DNA of 64,000 nt, from the NCBI GenBank assembly GCA_030583745.1, contig CP129473.1:268551-332550 (forward strand). Reading direction: 5' to 3'. The translations under genes were made by a program, and so were the position numbers. The notes under the pieces were generated by a model. It saw only the letters and a list, made by a program, of their open reading frames with translations. It searched no databases and was not told the origin of the DNA. Source of the DNA: Minisyncoccota bacterium (GTDB lineage Bacteria; Patescibacteriota; Minisyncoccia; Phycocordibacterales; BOKC01). Positions 38,369 through 47,883 of this stretch are shown one piece after another; position 1 is the stretch's first letter; the number at the start of each line of letters is the position of its first letter.

Positions 38369-39565
38369 GACATAAAATCTTTTAATCAAAGGATTAATTC
38401 TAGTGATTATTTCATAGTTTGTGGTGTCAGCAAGCCGAGCTAGCTCGTCAGCCGAAACTTCCTCCCCACTTTGCCTTCCTAAAATCACCACCTCATCACC
38501 TATTCTAGGGTTTCGGATTTTGCCTGCCTGCCGGAGCTTTGACGCGGGCAGGGGGTTAGAGTTTGGGGAAATGCCTGATACGTCGACGGCAATCATATCC
38601 ATAGACACCCTGCCTAAAACTCGGCACTTTTTGCCGCCAACTAAAACCCAACCAATAGACGAGAGCGAACGCGGAAAACCGTGCCAGTAGCCAATCGGGC
38701 AAATCGCGACCAAAGAATCTTTTGTGAGCGTCTCGGTTAGGTCATAACCAATTTTTGATCCCTTCGGCAATTTTTTAATCTCCCCCACCACAGTCTTCCA
38801 AGACAAAACCGGCTGTAATTTTAATTTATCTTTGCAAAAAGCTTCAACTTCCGGCGAAGGCCAGAGGCCGTACATTGCGATTCCGATTCTCACCAAATCA
38901 AAATGTGTATCTGGAAAAATTAAAGTGCCGGAACTGGCGGCTGCATGCTTGATTGGGTTAAATCCCACTTCTTCAAATGCATTAACCCACTTTTTGAATT
39001 CTTCTAGCTGACTGTAAGTATATTTTGGAAATGAAGGGTTTTTGGCCGCCGCAAAATGAGTATAGAGACCCTCGATCTCAACATTTAAGGCCTGACGATT
39101 GACTTTTAACTGGTTGAGAATTTTTGGCAAATCAGACACAAAAAACCCCTGACGTCCCATTCCAGTATCAACTTTTATATGAAGCTTTGCCGGCTTCTTT
39201 ACCTTTATTTTTTTTAAAGCATCTAAAACTTCAAAAGAAGGGACTGTGATACTGATATCATTTTCAATCGCCAGCTTTAACATTTCTGGTAGAGTGTGTC
39301 CAAGAACCAGAATCGGCTTTTTGATTCCGGCTTTCCGTAAAGCAAGGGCTTCAATGACCGAGTCGACACCGAGCCAATCAATACCGAGCCAACTTATTTC
39401 TTTCGAAAAGTCAATAATTCCGTGTCCGTAAGCGTTTGATTTAACGACAGACATCAAGCGACATTTTTTTGGAACTATTGAGCGAAAAACTTGATAGTTA
39501 TTTTTCAGAGCTTTTTTATCAACTTCTATCCAAGTCCTCAATCCAGCTCTTTTTCTTTTATCCAT
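38366..39565 (-). CDS. alr: Alanine racemase
   Basis: PLP-binding VVKSNAYGHG motif near the N-terminus. Two-domain size. The stop codon lies inside the left repeat module. Confidence 0.8.
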   Translation of the reverse strand: MDKRKRAGLRTWIEVDKKALKNNYQVFRSIVPKKCRLMSVVKSNAYGHGIIDFSKEISWLGIDWLGVDSVIEALALRKAGIKKPILVLGHTLPEMLKLAIENDISITVPSFEVLDALKKIKVKKPAKLHIKVDTGMGRQGFFVSDLPKILNQLKVNRQALNVEIEGLYTHFAAAKNPSFPKYTYSQLEEFKKWVNAFEEVGFNPIKHAAASSGTLIFPDTHFDLVRIGIAMYGLWPSPEVEAFCKDKLKLQPVLSWKTVVGEIKKLPKGSKIGYDLTETLTKDSLVAICPIGYWHGFPRSLSSIGWVLVGGKKCRVLGRVSMDMIAVDVSGISPNSNPLPASKLRQAGKIRNPRIGDEVVILGRQSGEEVSADELARLADTTNYEIITRINPLIKRFYV

Positions 39566-39608
39566 AATTAACACCAATTTATCAAAAAAACGGTTAACAA
39601 ACAACAAA

Positions 39609-39636
39609 GCACCCCCGCGTCTCGGCGGGGGTTTTC
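39609..39636. terminator. GC-rich hairpin terminator (ACCCCCGC-gtctcg-GCGGGGGT, T-run)
   Basis: Seen directly. Separates alr from the high-GC cassette. Confidence 0.5.
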
Positions 39637-40007
39637 AGAAGAAACAAACCAGAAAGAAAATGGTTGTGATGGAAAAACCGAGAAAAAGTCCGAGGATAAA
39701 GCAGAACTTCCCTCGGTGTTTGAAGACTCTGTCATACCGCGACCGATCCTCTGTATAATCCATATTTCTTTCCTCCTTTCTAAAATGGAGAGTACCATAA
39801 AAAAACCGAAAAATAAAACGAGTCAAATTCTGGTGCACGATATTAAAGATAGTTCGAACGCATTTCGCCGCCGCAGGCGGCGGGGAGGCCACCAAAAAAT
39901 CGGAGCGGCTTCGCCGCGCACTTTGACAATTTCACATGCTTCTTTTGCGGCAAACTATTTTGAGTTCGCGAAGCGAACACAATTTCAGTATAGAAAATTT
40001 TTAATGG

Positions 40008-40053
40008 GCTGAAAAGAAAAGACCCGTCGCAAGTTGTTAGCTCACGACGGGTC
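40008..40053 (-). terminator. Rho-independent terminator of the high-GC secreted-protein gene
   Basis: GACCCGTCG-(15 nt)-CGACGGGTC followed, on the minus strand, by TTTTCTTTTC. Confidence 0.5.
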
Positions 40054-40079
40054 AATGACCTTGTGGAGGAACGTCCGTT

Positions 40080-40646
40080 TCAGCCACGCCTGTCGAAGAT
40101 CTTGACAACCTTCTTCTGCTCCGAGTTCCACTCCCAGCGTTGGCTGAGGTTGTCCTCGTTGTGCAGACGACTCATGGCGAGGTCGAGCTCGGCGATGGCG
40201 AAACTGATCGCGCGATCGCTGAACGGCTGTACCACTCCTTCGTCGGCCGGGCAAGGCTCGAACTTCCAGCCACTTGCGGTGCGAATGACCGAGTTACACC
40301 CGAACTCCGAGTACTCTGGGTGCCGGCCGACCAGTTCGTGATTGCCGCAGTAGAACACGCGATCCCACTTGCCATCGTTGTCGTAGTCGTGCCCTGTGAT
40401 CCCGACGTAGCTCGGACTGTCGACAAGCCTCAGATGAACCAGTCGACGGAAACCGTAGCCATGATCGGCTTCGTCGATCTCCACGTTGTAGGCGATGTTC
40501 TCCGACTGGAGCTCTCCGTGATAGAGATTCCAGGTCACGAGATGCTCGCCCCGCTCGTCGATGACCGCCGTGTAGATCATGGCACCCACCGCGACGACGA
40601 GCGCGATGGCGGCCAGGCCCAAGGCCAGATTGTTTCGGTTGCGCAT
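40080..40646 (-). CDS. Hypothetical secreted/membrane-anchored protein (high-GC, foreign-looking)
   Basis: GGAGGT RBS 7 nt before the ATG. N-terminal hydrophobic anchor. Markedly GC-rich. No known domain. Confidence 0.55.
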   Translation of the reverse strand: MRNRNNLALGLAAIALVVAVGAMIYTAVIDERGEHLVTWNLYHGELQSENIAYNVEIDEADHGYGFRRLVHLRLVDSPSYVGITGHDYDNDGKWDRVFYCGNHELVGRHPEYSEFGCNSVIRTASGWKFEPCPADEGVVQPFSDRAISFAIAELDLAMSRLHNEDNLSQRWEWNSEQKKVVKIFDRRG

Positions 40647-40678
40647 GGCATACCTCCTATCGTTTGGAATGTGCTGGC

Positions 40679-40699
40679 GATGAGTCACCATGACTCATC
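40679..40699. promoter_or_regulatory. Perfect 10-bp-arm palindrome GATGAGTCAC-c-ATGACTCATC upstream of the high-GC gene
   Basis: Seen in the sequence ~35-55 nt upstream of the start codon. Geometry is operator-like. Confidence 0.35.
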
Positions 40700-40906
40700 T
40701 ATGAACCAAAATAAGCTTAGCATAAAACATTTTCTATGTCAAGGTCGAGCAGATAAACAAAAACAGCCCTCTTGGGCCGTTAAGATGAATTCAAAAAATT
40801 TCTTTTTTCAACCGAGAACCGCGTTTTAAATTTCGTGCCCAAAGAGCCGTACGATTTAATAGCCGAGGCCGCGAATGCGGCCGAGGCAAACTTGACTTTT
40901 CCATTC

Positions 40907-40993
40907 TGGTGCGCCGGGTAGGATTCGAACCTACGTAGCCCTAAGGGCGACAGATTTACAGTCTGTTGCGATTGACCACTCCGCCACCGACGC
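40907..40993 (-). tRNA. tRNA-Tyr (anticodon GTA), CCA encoded
   Basis: Reverse complement: GCGTCGG...anticodon loop CTGTAAA...long variable arm...GGTTCGAATCC...CCGGCGCACCA. Confidence 0.85.
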
Positions 40994-41065
40994 AAAAAGA
41001 ACAAAGAACACTAAAAAAATACTATAAGTTCAGAGAAAAGACAATTAAATTTTAATTTCTTAGCT

Positions 41066-43768
41066 TTAGCTCTTTGTTAGCGCCTCATCCATAAACGGGC
41101 TTTTTTCTACCAAACTCCCCTTTCGGCCTTTTTTGATGTCAAACTTAAATTCCTTGTTCAAGACATCAACCACCACAAACCCACCCCTAACCAAACCTTT
41201 GGAAATAATTAGTGAAGCGACAGGAGAAAGAATCTTGTTCTGGATCAAGCGCCTCATCGGCCGAGCGCCGTACTGTGGGTCAAAGCCGATTTCTGCCAAA
41301 TATTCAATCGCCGCCGGGGTTACTTCAAGTTTAATCTCTTTCTGTTCAAGGCGTTTCGCAATCTCCCCAACTTGAATTTGTGCAATTTGCTTTATAGCTT
41401 CTTTGCTTAAAGTGTCAAAGACAATAATATCGTCCAGACGATTCAAAAATTCCGGCTTGAAATGATCTTTCAAGCTTTCCAATACTTTTTCTTTCATTTC
41501 TTGATAATTTCCAAATCCATCTTTCTCACCGCCAAAGCCAATTTTTTGCATCCGATCAATATATTGAGCGCCGACGTTAGAAGTCAGAACAATAACGGTA
41601 TTTCTAAAATTAATTGTCCGACCTTTGGCATCGGTCAGTCGTCCGTTGTCTAAAATCTGAAGCATGATATTAAAAACTTCCGGATGAGCTTTTTCAATTT
41701 CATCAAATAAGACAACGGAGTAAGGCCTGTGTCTTATTTTTTCAGTAAAAGTTCCGCCTTCTTCAAAACCAACGTAGCCCGGTGGCGCGCCGATAATTTT
41801 TGAAACAGAATGTTTTTCCATATATTCCGACATATCAACTCGAATCAAAGCTTTTTCATTGTCAAACATAAACTCAGCGAGGGCTTTGGTCAATTCAGTT
41901 TTACCAACTCCAGTCGGACCTAAAAAGATAAAAGAACCAATTGGTCTTTCCGGATCAGCAATACCGGCGCGAGAGCGTTTGACGGTATCGGTGATTCTCT
42001 TTACCGCTTCATCTTGACCGATAATACGATTTTTCAACCAATCTTCCATCCTATTCAATTTTTCAGCTTCCGCTTCAAGCATCTTTGAAACCGGCACTCC
42101 AGTCCAACGAGAAACAACCTCGGCAATATCAGTTTCAGTAATTTCTTCTTTTAAAATCCGGCGGAAACTTTGGAGTTTCTTTAGACGCTTTGTTCTTTGA
42201 TCCAACTCCTTTTCTAGAGCTGGTATCTTGCCGTATCTAATTTCGGCCACCAGAGTTAAGTCCGCTTGGCTTTCGGCTTTTTCGGCTTGAATTTTCAAAT
42301 CATCAATTTCTTTCTTGACCGACTTCATTTCCGAAACTGTTTCTTTTTCATTTTTCCACTTTAGCTCAATCTCAGAGGTTTTTTCTTTCAAATCTGCAAT
42401 TTCTTTTTCTATTTCTTTTATTCTGGCTTTGACCTTGCTACTTTTGGAGTCTTTGGAAGACTTGGCTTCTTTCGTTAGAGCCTGTCTTTCTATTTCTAGC
42501 TTCATTATTTTTGACTGTGCTTCTTCAAGAATTGGCGGCATATTTTCCAAAGAAATTTTCAACTGTGAGGCCGCTTCATCTATCAAATCAACCGCCTTGT
42601 CTGGCAAAGATCTGTCAGTGATATAGCGACTTGAAAGATTGACAGCCGAGATAATCGCGTCATCAGTTATCCTAACACCATGATATAGCTCGTACTTTTC
42701 TTTAAGACCACGAAGAATTGTAACAGCATCTTCGATTGAAGGTTCGCTGACAAAAACCGGTTGAAAGCGCCTGGTCAAAGCCGGGTCTTTCTCTATGTAT
42801 TTTTGATATTCTTTCAGGGTGGTCGCGCCAATTGCCCGAAGTTCTCCTTGCGCAAGCGGAGGTTTCAACATATTTGACGCATCAATTGATCCTTCGGCTG
42901 CGCCAGCACCTACAATTGTATGGATTTCATCAATAAAAAGAATTATCTTACCGTTTGAACTTTCTATTTCTTTCAGAATTTTTTTCAACCGATCCTCAAA
43001 TTCTCCGCGGTATTTGGTTCCGGCAACCAAAAGCCCAAGATCCAAAGAAACAAGCTCTTTGTCTTTTAATGATTCAGGCACGTCGCCTTTTGCAATTTTT
43101 ATTGCCAAACCTTCGGCAATAGCGGTCTTGCCAACTCCGGCTTCTCCAATCAATATCGGATTGTTTTTTTTCCTGCGAGACAAAATCTGAATTATTCTTG
43201 AAATTTCAATATCTCTGCCAATCACCGGATCTAATTTGTTTTCCGAAGCCATTTTCGTCAAACTTCTAGTATATTTCGGCAAGAATCTGTATTTTTTAGT
43301 CTGACCAACATCAGTAATCTTGCTATGACGTAATTCCTCAAGAACTTTCAAAACCCTGTCTTTGTCTATTTTAAACTTAGACAATATTTCTTTAGCAACA
43401 GACGGCACCTCGCAAGCGGCAATAAACAAATGTTCCGTTGATACAAATTGGTCGTTTAAGCCCGAAGCGATTTTTGGGCTCAACTCTATGGTTTGAGCCA
43501 GCTCCGGAGTTATGTAGATTTGATAAGAAGGCGCCATGGTTGTTGAGCCTTCCGGCGCTTCGGTCGCGTCCAGAATAGAATCTGTCAAAAGAATGGTGTC
43601 CACTTCCAAACGCTCCAAAATTGAAAACACGATACTCTCTTCCTGCAAGATTAAAGCGGCCAGCAAATGAAGCGGGTTCACATGATTTTGACCTCGCTCA
43701 ATTGCCATCTCGTGAGCTTTTCTGATGGCTTCTTTGGCCTTAGTTGTAAATTGATTGAATGGCGGCAT
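41066..43768 (-). CDS. clpB: ATP-dependent chaperone ClpB
   Basis: Clp_N repeat, two AAA+ modules ([15 protein letters not shown] and [15 protein letters not shown]) and a coiled-coil M-domain. 900 aa. Confidence 0.9.
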   Translation of the reverse strand: MPPFNQFTTKAKEAIRKAHEMAIERGQNHVNPLHLLAALILQEESIVFSILERLEVDTILLTDSILDATEAPEGSTTMAPSYQIYITPELAQTIELSPKIASGLNDQFVSTEHLFIAACEVPSVAKEILSKFKIDKDRVLKVLEELRHSKITDVGQTKKYRFLPKYTRSLTKMASENKLDPVIGRDIEISRIIQILSRRKKNNPILIGEAGVGKTAIAEGLAIKIAKGDVPESLKDKELVSLDLGLLVAGTKYRGEFEDRLKKILKEIESSNGKIILFIDEIHTIVGAGAAEGSIDASNMLKPPLAQGELRAIGATTLKEYQKYIEKDPALTRRFQPVFVSEPSIEDAVTILRGLKEKYELYHGVRITDDAIISAVNLSSRYITDRSLPDKAVDLIDEAASQLKISLENMPPILEEAQSKIMKLEIERQALTKEAKSSKDSKSSKVKARIKEIEKEIADLKEKTSEIELKWKNEKETVSEMKSVKKEIDDLKIQAEKAESQADLTLVAEIRYGKIPALEKELDQRTKRLKKLQSFRRILKEEITETDIAEVVSRWTGVPVSKMLEAEAEKLNRMEDWLKNRIIGQDEAVKRITDTVKRSRAGIADPERPIGSFIFLGPTGVGKTELTKALAEFMFDNEKALIRVDMSEYMEKHSVSKIIGAPPGYVGFEEGGTFTEKIRHRPYSVVLFDEIEKAHPEVFNIMLQILDNGRLTDAKGRTINFRNTVIVLTSNVGAQYIDRMQKIGFGGEKDGFGNYQEMKEKVLESLKDHFKPEFLNRLDDIIVFDTLSKEAIKQIAQIQVGEIAKRLEQKEIKLEVTPAAIEYLAEIGFDPQYGARPMRRLIQNKILSPVASLIISKGLVRGGFVVVDVLNKEFKFDIKKGRKGSLVEKSPFMDEALTKS

Positions 43769-43853
43769 ATTTAAAAAAGATTAAAACAAAAAAATCTTAA
43801 TCTAAATTGTAAGTTTTTTTAATATGTTTGTCAAATTTAATAATCTAATCTAG

Positions 43854-44621
43854 TTAGTTTCCTTTTTCAGCTTTCAATACATTTATCGGAATAAAAATCG
43901 AACCTCCTACTGAATTTAGACCAACGACTTCCCCCTTCAGATTGACTATAGGGCTCAAACTCTCGTTGTTCAAAATATCAGTTTCAATTGAAGAAAATTT
44001 TGAGACCGCACCTTCTTCGTTTCTAGACAAACTCAAAATCCGTCCGATTGAGACAGAAGTCTTAGATTCTCCCCTCATCGAAATAACCGTTTGTCCGAGC
44101 TGAAGACTGTCTGAATTGGCCAAAACCGCCGGCTTCATTACCGAATCTCCCGGCACCTGCTCGGTCTTAAAAAAAGAGAAGTGTGTAGTATTGAGAGTGC
44201 TGTTGATTTTGGAAATTGAACCATCTGGCAAAACCGCTTCGAAAAACAAACCTCCTGCGGTATCAAGCTTGCCAGTCGCAATAAGCCCGTCTTTGTCCAA
44301 AAGCAAACCCAAACCGACAAAAACTTTTTCTTCGCCAGAAACTCTAAAGATTCTCACCAAACTCGGTTCGTTATTAGCAATAGCTTCTATAACCAAATCC
44401 TCCTCTTGAACAACAACTGTCACTTCTCTTGTCACCACATCTCTAGTCTGTTGAGGCACAATCGTCTCGACAGTTCTCTCAACGACTCTGTTTACTGTTT
44501 GAGTTACGGTCGGCGGAGCTTCTACTAAAAGAGAGTAGGTCATAATACTTGTTGCGACTGAACCAACAAAACTGACTAAAAGTGCCAATAAGATTATTTG
44601 GTTTTTATTAAGATCTTCCAT
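43854..44621 (-). CDS. Membrane-anchored trypsin-like (HtrA-like) domain protein, possibly catalytically degenerate
   Basis: N-terminal TM. C-terminal region aligns to the S1C fold (…NESLSPIVNLKGEVVGLNS…), but a canonical catalytic His is not evident. Confidence 0.4.
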   Translation of the reverse strand: MEDLNKNQIILLALLVSFVGSVATSIMTYSLLVEAPPTVTQTVNRVVERTVETIVPQQTRDVVTREVTVVVQEEDLVIEAIANNEPSLVRIFRVSGEEKVFVGLGLLLDKDGLIATGKLDTAGGLFFEAVLPDGSISKINSTLNTTHFSFFKTEQVPGDSVMKPAVLANSDSLQLGQTVISMRGESKTSVSIGRILSLSRNEEGAVSKFSSIETDILNNESLSPIVNLKGEVVGLNSVGGSIFIPINVLKAEKGN

Positions 44622-44744
44622 ATTTTAAATTATAGCAAAAAACAAAAAAAGATATACAGTGTTTGCAAACCCCTAATCCAAAATCTGTTGATAAATTAAT
44701 GTTTTACATTTAAATCGGCAAAGGATAAAATACATTCCATAAAA

Positions 44745-45239
44745 ATGGAAAAATTTACAACACTCAACAACGAAACATTCTTTATTTTGGCACTAGCATT
44801 ATCATTCGTCGTCGTGTTTTCGCTTTTTTTATGGATTTGGCGGTTAGAAAGAAAAATTAAAAAAATTTTGGGCGGAGGAGTGAGCGCAAATATTGAATCT
44901 GTAATTCTAGAAAACCACAAAAGAATAAAAAGGGTGGAAGAGCAACAAAAAGTAACTATCGAGAGATTAAGTCTGATAGAAAACAAATTAAGAAAAAGTG
45001 TCAGGGCAATAGAAACCATCAGATTTAATCCTTTCAAGGGGGTTGGTGTTGGTGGTAATCAGAGCTTCTCTTCGGCTTTCTTGAACGAAGATGGGGACGG
45101 ATTAGTCTTGTCAGGACTATACTTGAGAGATCGGGTCTCAATTTACGCCAAACCACTAAAAAACCTACAAGCAGAATTTGAACTTTCCGAAGAAGAAAAA
45201 TTGGCTATTAAAAAAGCTCTGGACTCTACTAAAAACTAA
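44745..45239 (+). CDS. Hypothetical protein with N-terminal TM (DUF4446-like)
   Basis: RFNPFKGVGVGGNQSFSSAFLNEDGDGLVLSGLY block. Confidence 0.45.
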   Translation: MEKFTTLNNETFFILALALSFVVVFSLFLWIWRLERKIKKILGGGVSANIESVILENHKRIKRVEEQQKVTIERLSLIENKLRKSVRAIETIRFNPFKGVGVGGNQSFSSAFLNEDGDGLVLSGLYLRDRVSIYAKPLKNLQAEFELSEEEKLAIKKALDSTKN

Positions 45240-45314
45240 ATACAGGTTTTGCGAATTAGGTTTTTCAAGCCGATTTTTGTTATTGGACAATAACACTAAA
45301 AAATGTAAACTCTA

Positions 45315-46844
45315 TTGAATATGCCCGAAAAAAAACAGAAAAAACAAGGAACGAAACAGCGCTCGCCTATTGTTGTGGTTATGGGGCATATTGATCATGG
45401 CAAATCAACACTTCTTGATTACATCAGGAAAACCAAAATTACAGAAAACGAAAAAGGTGGAATAACACAACATATGGGTGCTTACGAAGTTGAAACTGCA
45501 CCAAACAAAAAAATTACTTTTCTAGACACCCCGGGGCATGAGGCCTTTCAAGCCATAAGATCGCGAGGGGCCAAAGTCGCTGACATCGCTGTATTGGTTG
45601 TGGCGGCAGACGACGGCGTCAAACCCCAAACCCTTGAAGCACTGAAGTGTATTCGCGAAGAAGAAATGCCCTTTGTCGTCGCCATCAACAAAATCGATAA
45701 ACCAGACGCAAATATAGAAAAAACAAAAAATGATCTAGCCGAAAACGAAATTTTTTTGGAAGGATTCGGCGGAGATGTGCCTTTCGCCGCCATCTCTGCA
45801 AAAACCGGAGAAAATATAAACGAGCTTTTAGATTTACTCTGGCTTATGGCTGAAATGGAAGAATTGAAGGGTGATCCAGAAATCTTGGCCGAGGGCGTTG
45901 TTCTTGAAAGCCATTTAGATCCCAAAAAGGGTGTGGCGGCGACGCTCGTCATCAAAGACGGAACTTTAAAAAAAGGATTGTTTGTTGCGACTAGCGAAGC
46001 GTTAGCCCCGGTCCGAATTATGGAAAGCTTTCTTGGAGAAAATATTTCGGAAGCCAGTTTCTCAAATCCAATTAGATTAGTTGGCTGGAATGTAATGCCA
46101 AAAGTCGGAGAAATTTTTAAAGCTTTTAAAACCAAAAAGGAAGCCGAAGTGTTTATTATCTCATCAAAATTGATTGGAAAAAACCCCGACCGAAGTGAGA
46201 ATGGTGCAAGAGAGCAAAACAGAAAAACAATAGTTCCGGTAATAATAAAAGCTGATACCGCCGGAGGTGTCGAAGGGGTTGAACATGAATTGAAAAAACT
46301 TGGAAACGAACATCTGGAGTTTAAAATTTTAAGCTCCGGAATCGGAATAATAACCGAAAAAGACGTGCAGAAAGCCACCGCCGGGCAACAAAAAGGCACA
46401 ATAATCGGCTTTAACGTAAAAATAGACAATTCGGCAAAAAATTTGGCGGAGAGGGACGAAATAATGATAAAAAATTTTGAAATAATTTATAAAATCACTG
46501 AATGGTTGAAAACTGATCTCTCGCAATATTTGCCGAAAATTGAGGTAGAGGAGATCACGGGTAAAGCCAAGATTCTTAAACTCTTTGGCGAACAAAAGGG
46601 ACGCCAAATAGTCGGGGGAAAAGTTCTGGAAGGAGAGATTCCGGCTGACGGACTATTTAGAATTATCCGCCGAGAAAATATTTTAGGAGACGGTCGGATA
46701 AAAGAATTACAACAGAAAAAAGAAAAATCTGGAAAAGTGGAGGCCGGCAACGAATTCGGAGCCCTTTTGGAAGCAAAACAGGAGGTAGCCGCCGGTGACA
46801 CTTTAGAAATTTATAAGAAGGTCTTCCAGACAATAAAAATCTGA
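45315..46844 (+). CDS. infB: Translation initiation factor IF-2 (short form)
   Basis: G-domain motifs GHIDHGKST, DTPGHEAF and NKID. Beta-barrel domains II and IV. Confidence 0.9.
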   Translation: MNMPEKKQKKQGTKQRSPIVVVMGHIDHGKSTLLDYIRKTKITENEKGGITQHMGAYEVETAPNKKITFLDTPGHEAFQAIRSRGAKVADIAVLVVAADDGVKPQTLEALKCIREEEMPFVVAINKIDKPDANIEKTKNDLAENEIFLEGFGGDVPFAAISAKTGENINELLDLLWLMAEMEELKGDPEILAEGVVLESHLDPKKGVAATLVIKDGTLKKGLFVATSEALAPVRIMESFLGENISEASFSNPIRLVGWNVMPKVGEIFKAFKTKKEAEVFIISSKLIGKNPDRSENGAREQNRKTIVPVIIKADTAGGVEGVEHELKKLGNEHLEFKILSSGIGIITEKDVQKATAGQQKGTIIGFNVKIDNSAKNLAERDEIMIKNFEIIYKITEWLKTDLSQYLPKIEVEEITGKAKILKLFGEQKGRQIVGGKVLEGEIPADGLFRIIRRENILGDGRIKELQQKKEKSGKVEAGNEFGALLEAKQEVAAGDTLEIYKKVFQTIKI

Positions 46845-47134
46845 TGCGGCCTTACAAAAAAGAAAAGGTGGAAGAGATTTTGCACCATGCGGCCGCTGAA
46901 TTTTTTAGAAAAGAATCAGGACCGCAATCGCTTTTGACGGTCGTTGGTGTCAATTTTGACGAAAAGAAAAAAAGAGCAGTTATTCTTTTCAGTATTTTGC
47001 CTGTAGAAAAAACAAAATCAGCAATTGATTTTATTGAGAGACAGAAAAGAGATTTTATTGACTATTTAAAGAAGAATACAAAAATGAAAATTATTCCGTT
47101 TATTTCTTTTGAGTTGTCACCAATAATTGCATAA
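46844..47134 (+). CDS. rbfA: Ribosome-binding factor A
   Basis: 96-aa KH-like protein immediately downstream of infB with an overlapping stop/start. Conserved synteny. Confidence 0.6.
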   Translation: MRPYKKEKVEEILHHAAAEFFRKESGPQSLLTVVGVNFDEKKKRAVILFSILPVEKTKSAIDFIERQKRDFIDYLKKNTKMKIIPFISFELSPIIA

Positions 47135-47416
47135 GTTCAGATACATATAAGACTTTAAATTAATCTTATATGTAAATTTGCAAAAAAATACATACAGGTT
47201 TTTTTAGCAGTTTTTTTAATGTATTCAAAAAAGATAACATGCTAGTTTCAGAAATCATCAAACAATCTATGACGGCCGTCACAGATTGTTTGATAATTTA
47301 ATTCATCCTTAAAATTCCTTGATAACATTCAACATCATATATCCTTATGTCCTTATCAAGGAATTTCCTTGATAATATTCTGATGCAATATATTTTTAGT
47401 ACGTTGTCAGCAAAGG
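47128..47416. repeat. Right copy of ~300-bp inverted repeat module
   Basis: Near-identical to the reverse complement of 38066-38368. Begins inside the rbfA stop codon. Contains the 34-bp palindrome (one mismatch) at 47259-47292. Confidence 0.85.
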
Positions 47417-47448
47417 GGTCTCGTATGCGCTGGACTAGTACAATAATT

Positions 47449-47477
47449 TGACTATCGGCTTTTTGCTCAATAGAATA
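47449..47477 (+). promoter_or_regulatory. Sigma70-like promoter for the tRNA cluster
   Basis: TTGACT, 17-bp spacer, then TAGAAT, about 15 nt before tRNA-Cys. Confidence 0.45.
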
Positions 47478-47493
47478 GTAACTGTCGATAGGT

Positions 47494-47565
47494 GGTGGCG
47501 TAGACAAGTGGTAAGTCAAGAGTCTGCAAAACTCTTATGCGGCGGTTCGATTCCGCCCGCCACCT
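47494..47565 (+). tRNA. tRNA-Cys (anticodon GCA)
   Basis: Acceptor GGTGGCG/CGCCACC, anticodon stem AGAGT/ACTCT with loop CTGCAAA, T-arm GGCGG-TTCGATT-CCGCC. Confidence 0.8.
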
Positions 47566-47570
47566 CATGT

Positions 47571-47652
47571 GCCCGGGTGGCGTAATTGGTAGCCGCAATC
47601 GACTTAAGATCGATCGCCGTAAGGCATGCGAGTTCGAGTCTCGCCCCGGGCA
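47571..47652 (+). tRNA. tRNA-Leu (anticodon TAA)
   Basis: Acceptor GCCCGGG/CCCGGGC, anticodon loop CTTAAGA, long variable arm. Confidence 0.85.
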
Positions 47653-47654
47653 TC

Positions 47655-47770
47655 AGACCGCCCATAGCTGTCTTGGTAGATATGAAGTTAGGTAACCGCT
47701 ATAGCTGTCTTGGTAGATATGAAGTTAGATGACCGCCCATAGCTGTTTTGGTAGATATGAAGTTAGATGA
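47655..47770 (+). repeat. Three tandem ~38-bp copies of the 5' end of tRNA-Lys fused to a common 22-nt tail
   Basis: The unit (at)gaccgcccatagctgtcttggtagatatgaagttag occurs three times. The first 14-16 nt equal the 5' end of the intact tRNA-Lys that follows. Confidence 0.75.
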
Positions 47771-47843
47771 CCGCCCATAGCTCAGTTGGCAGAGCAGTCG
47801 CCTCTTAAGCGAACGGTCGTAGGTTCAAATCCTACTGGGCGGA
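47771..47843 (+). tRNA. tRNA-Lys (anticodon CTT)
   Basis: Acceptor CCGCCCA/TGGGCGG, D-arm GCTC-AGTTGGCA-GAGC, anticodon loop CTCTTAA, T-arm GTAGG-TTCAAAT-CCTAC. Confidence 0.7.
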
Positions 47844-47883
47844 TAGCCATGATTTAGAGTTTAGAAATTAGAAATTAAGTTTT

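Larger units (their letters stand above)
39590..40700. mobile_element. Putative small horizontally acquired high-GC cassette 3' of tRNA-Tyr
   Basis: Abrupt GC shift. One secreted-protein gene with its own strong RBS, a palindromic operator-like site and terminators. Lies directly downstream of the tRNA-Tyr 3' end. Confidence 0.4.

Noticed and set aside
39716-40012. 98-aa + strand ORF with an RRRRRGG stretch in the alr / high-GC cassette spacer
   Set aside because: Low-complexity translation across a GC-rich hairpin region (CGCCGCCGC-AG-GCGGCGG). No RBS. It is more likely structured non-coding DNA.
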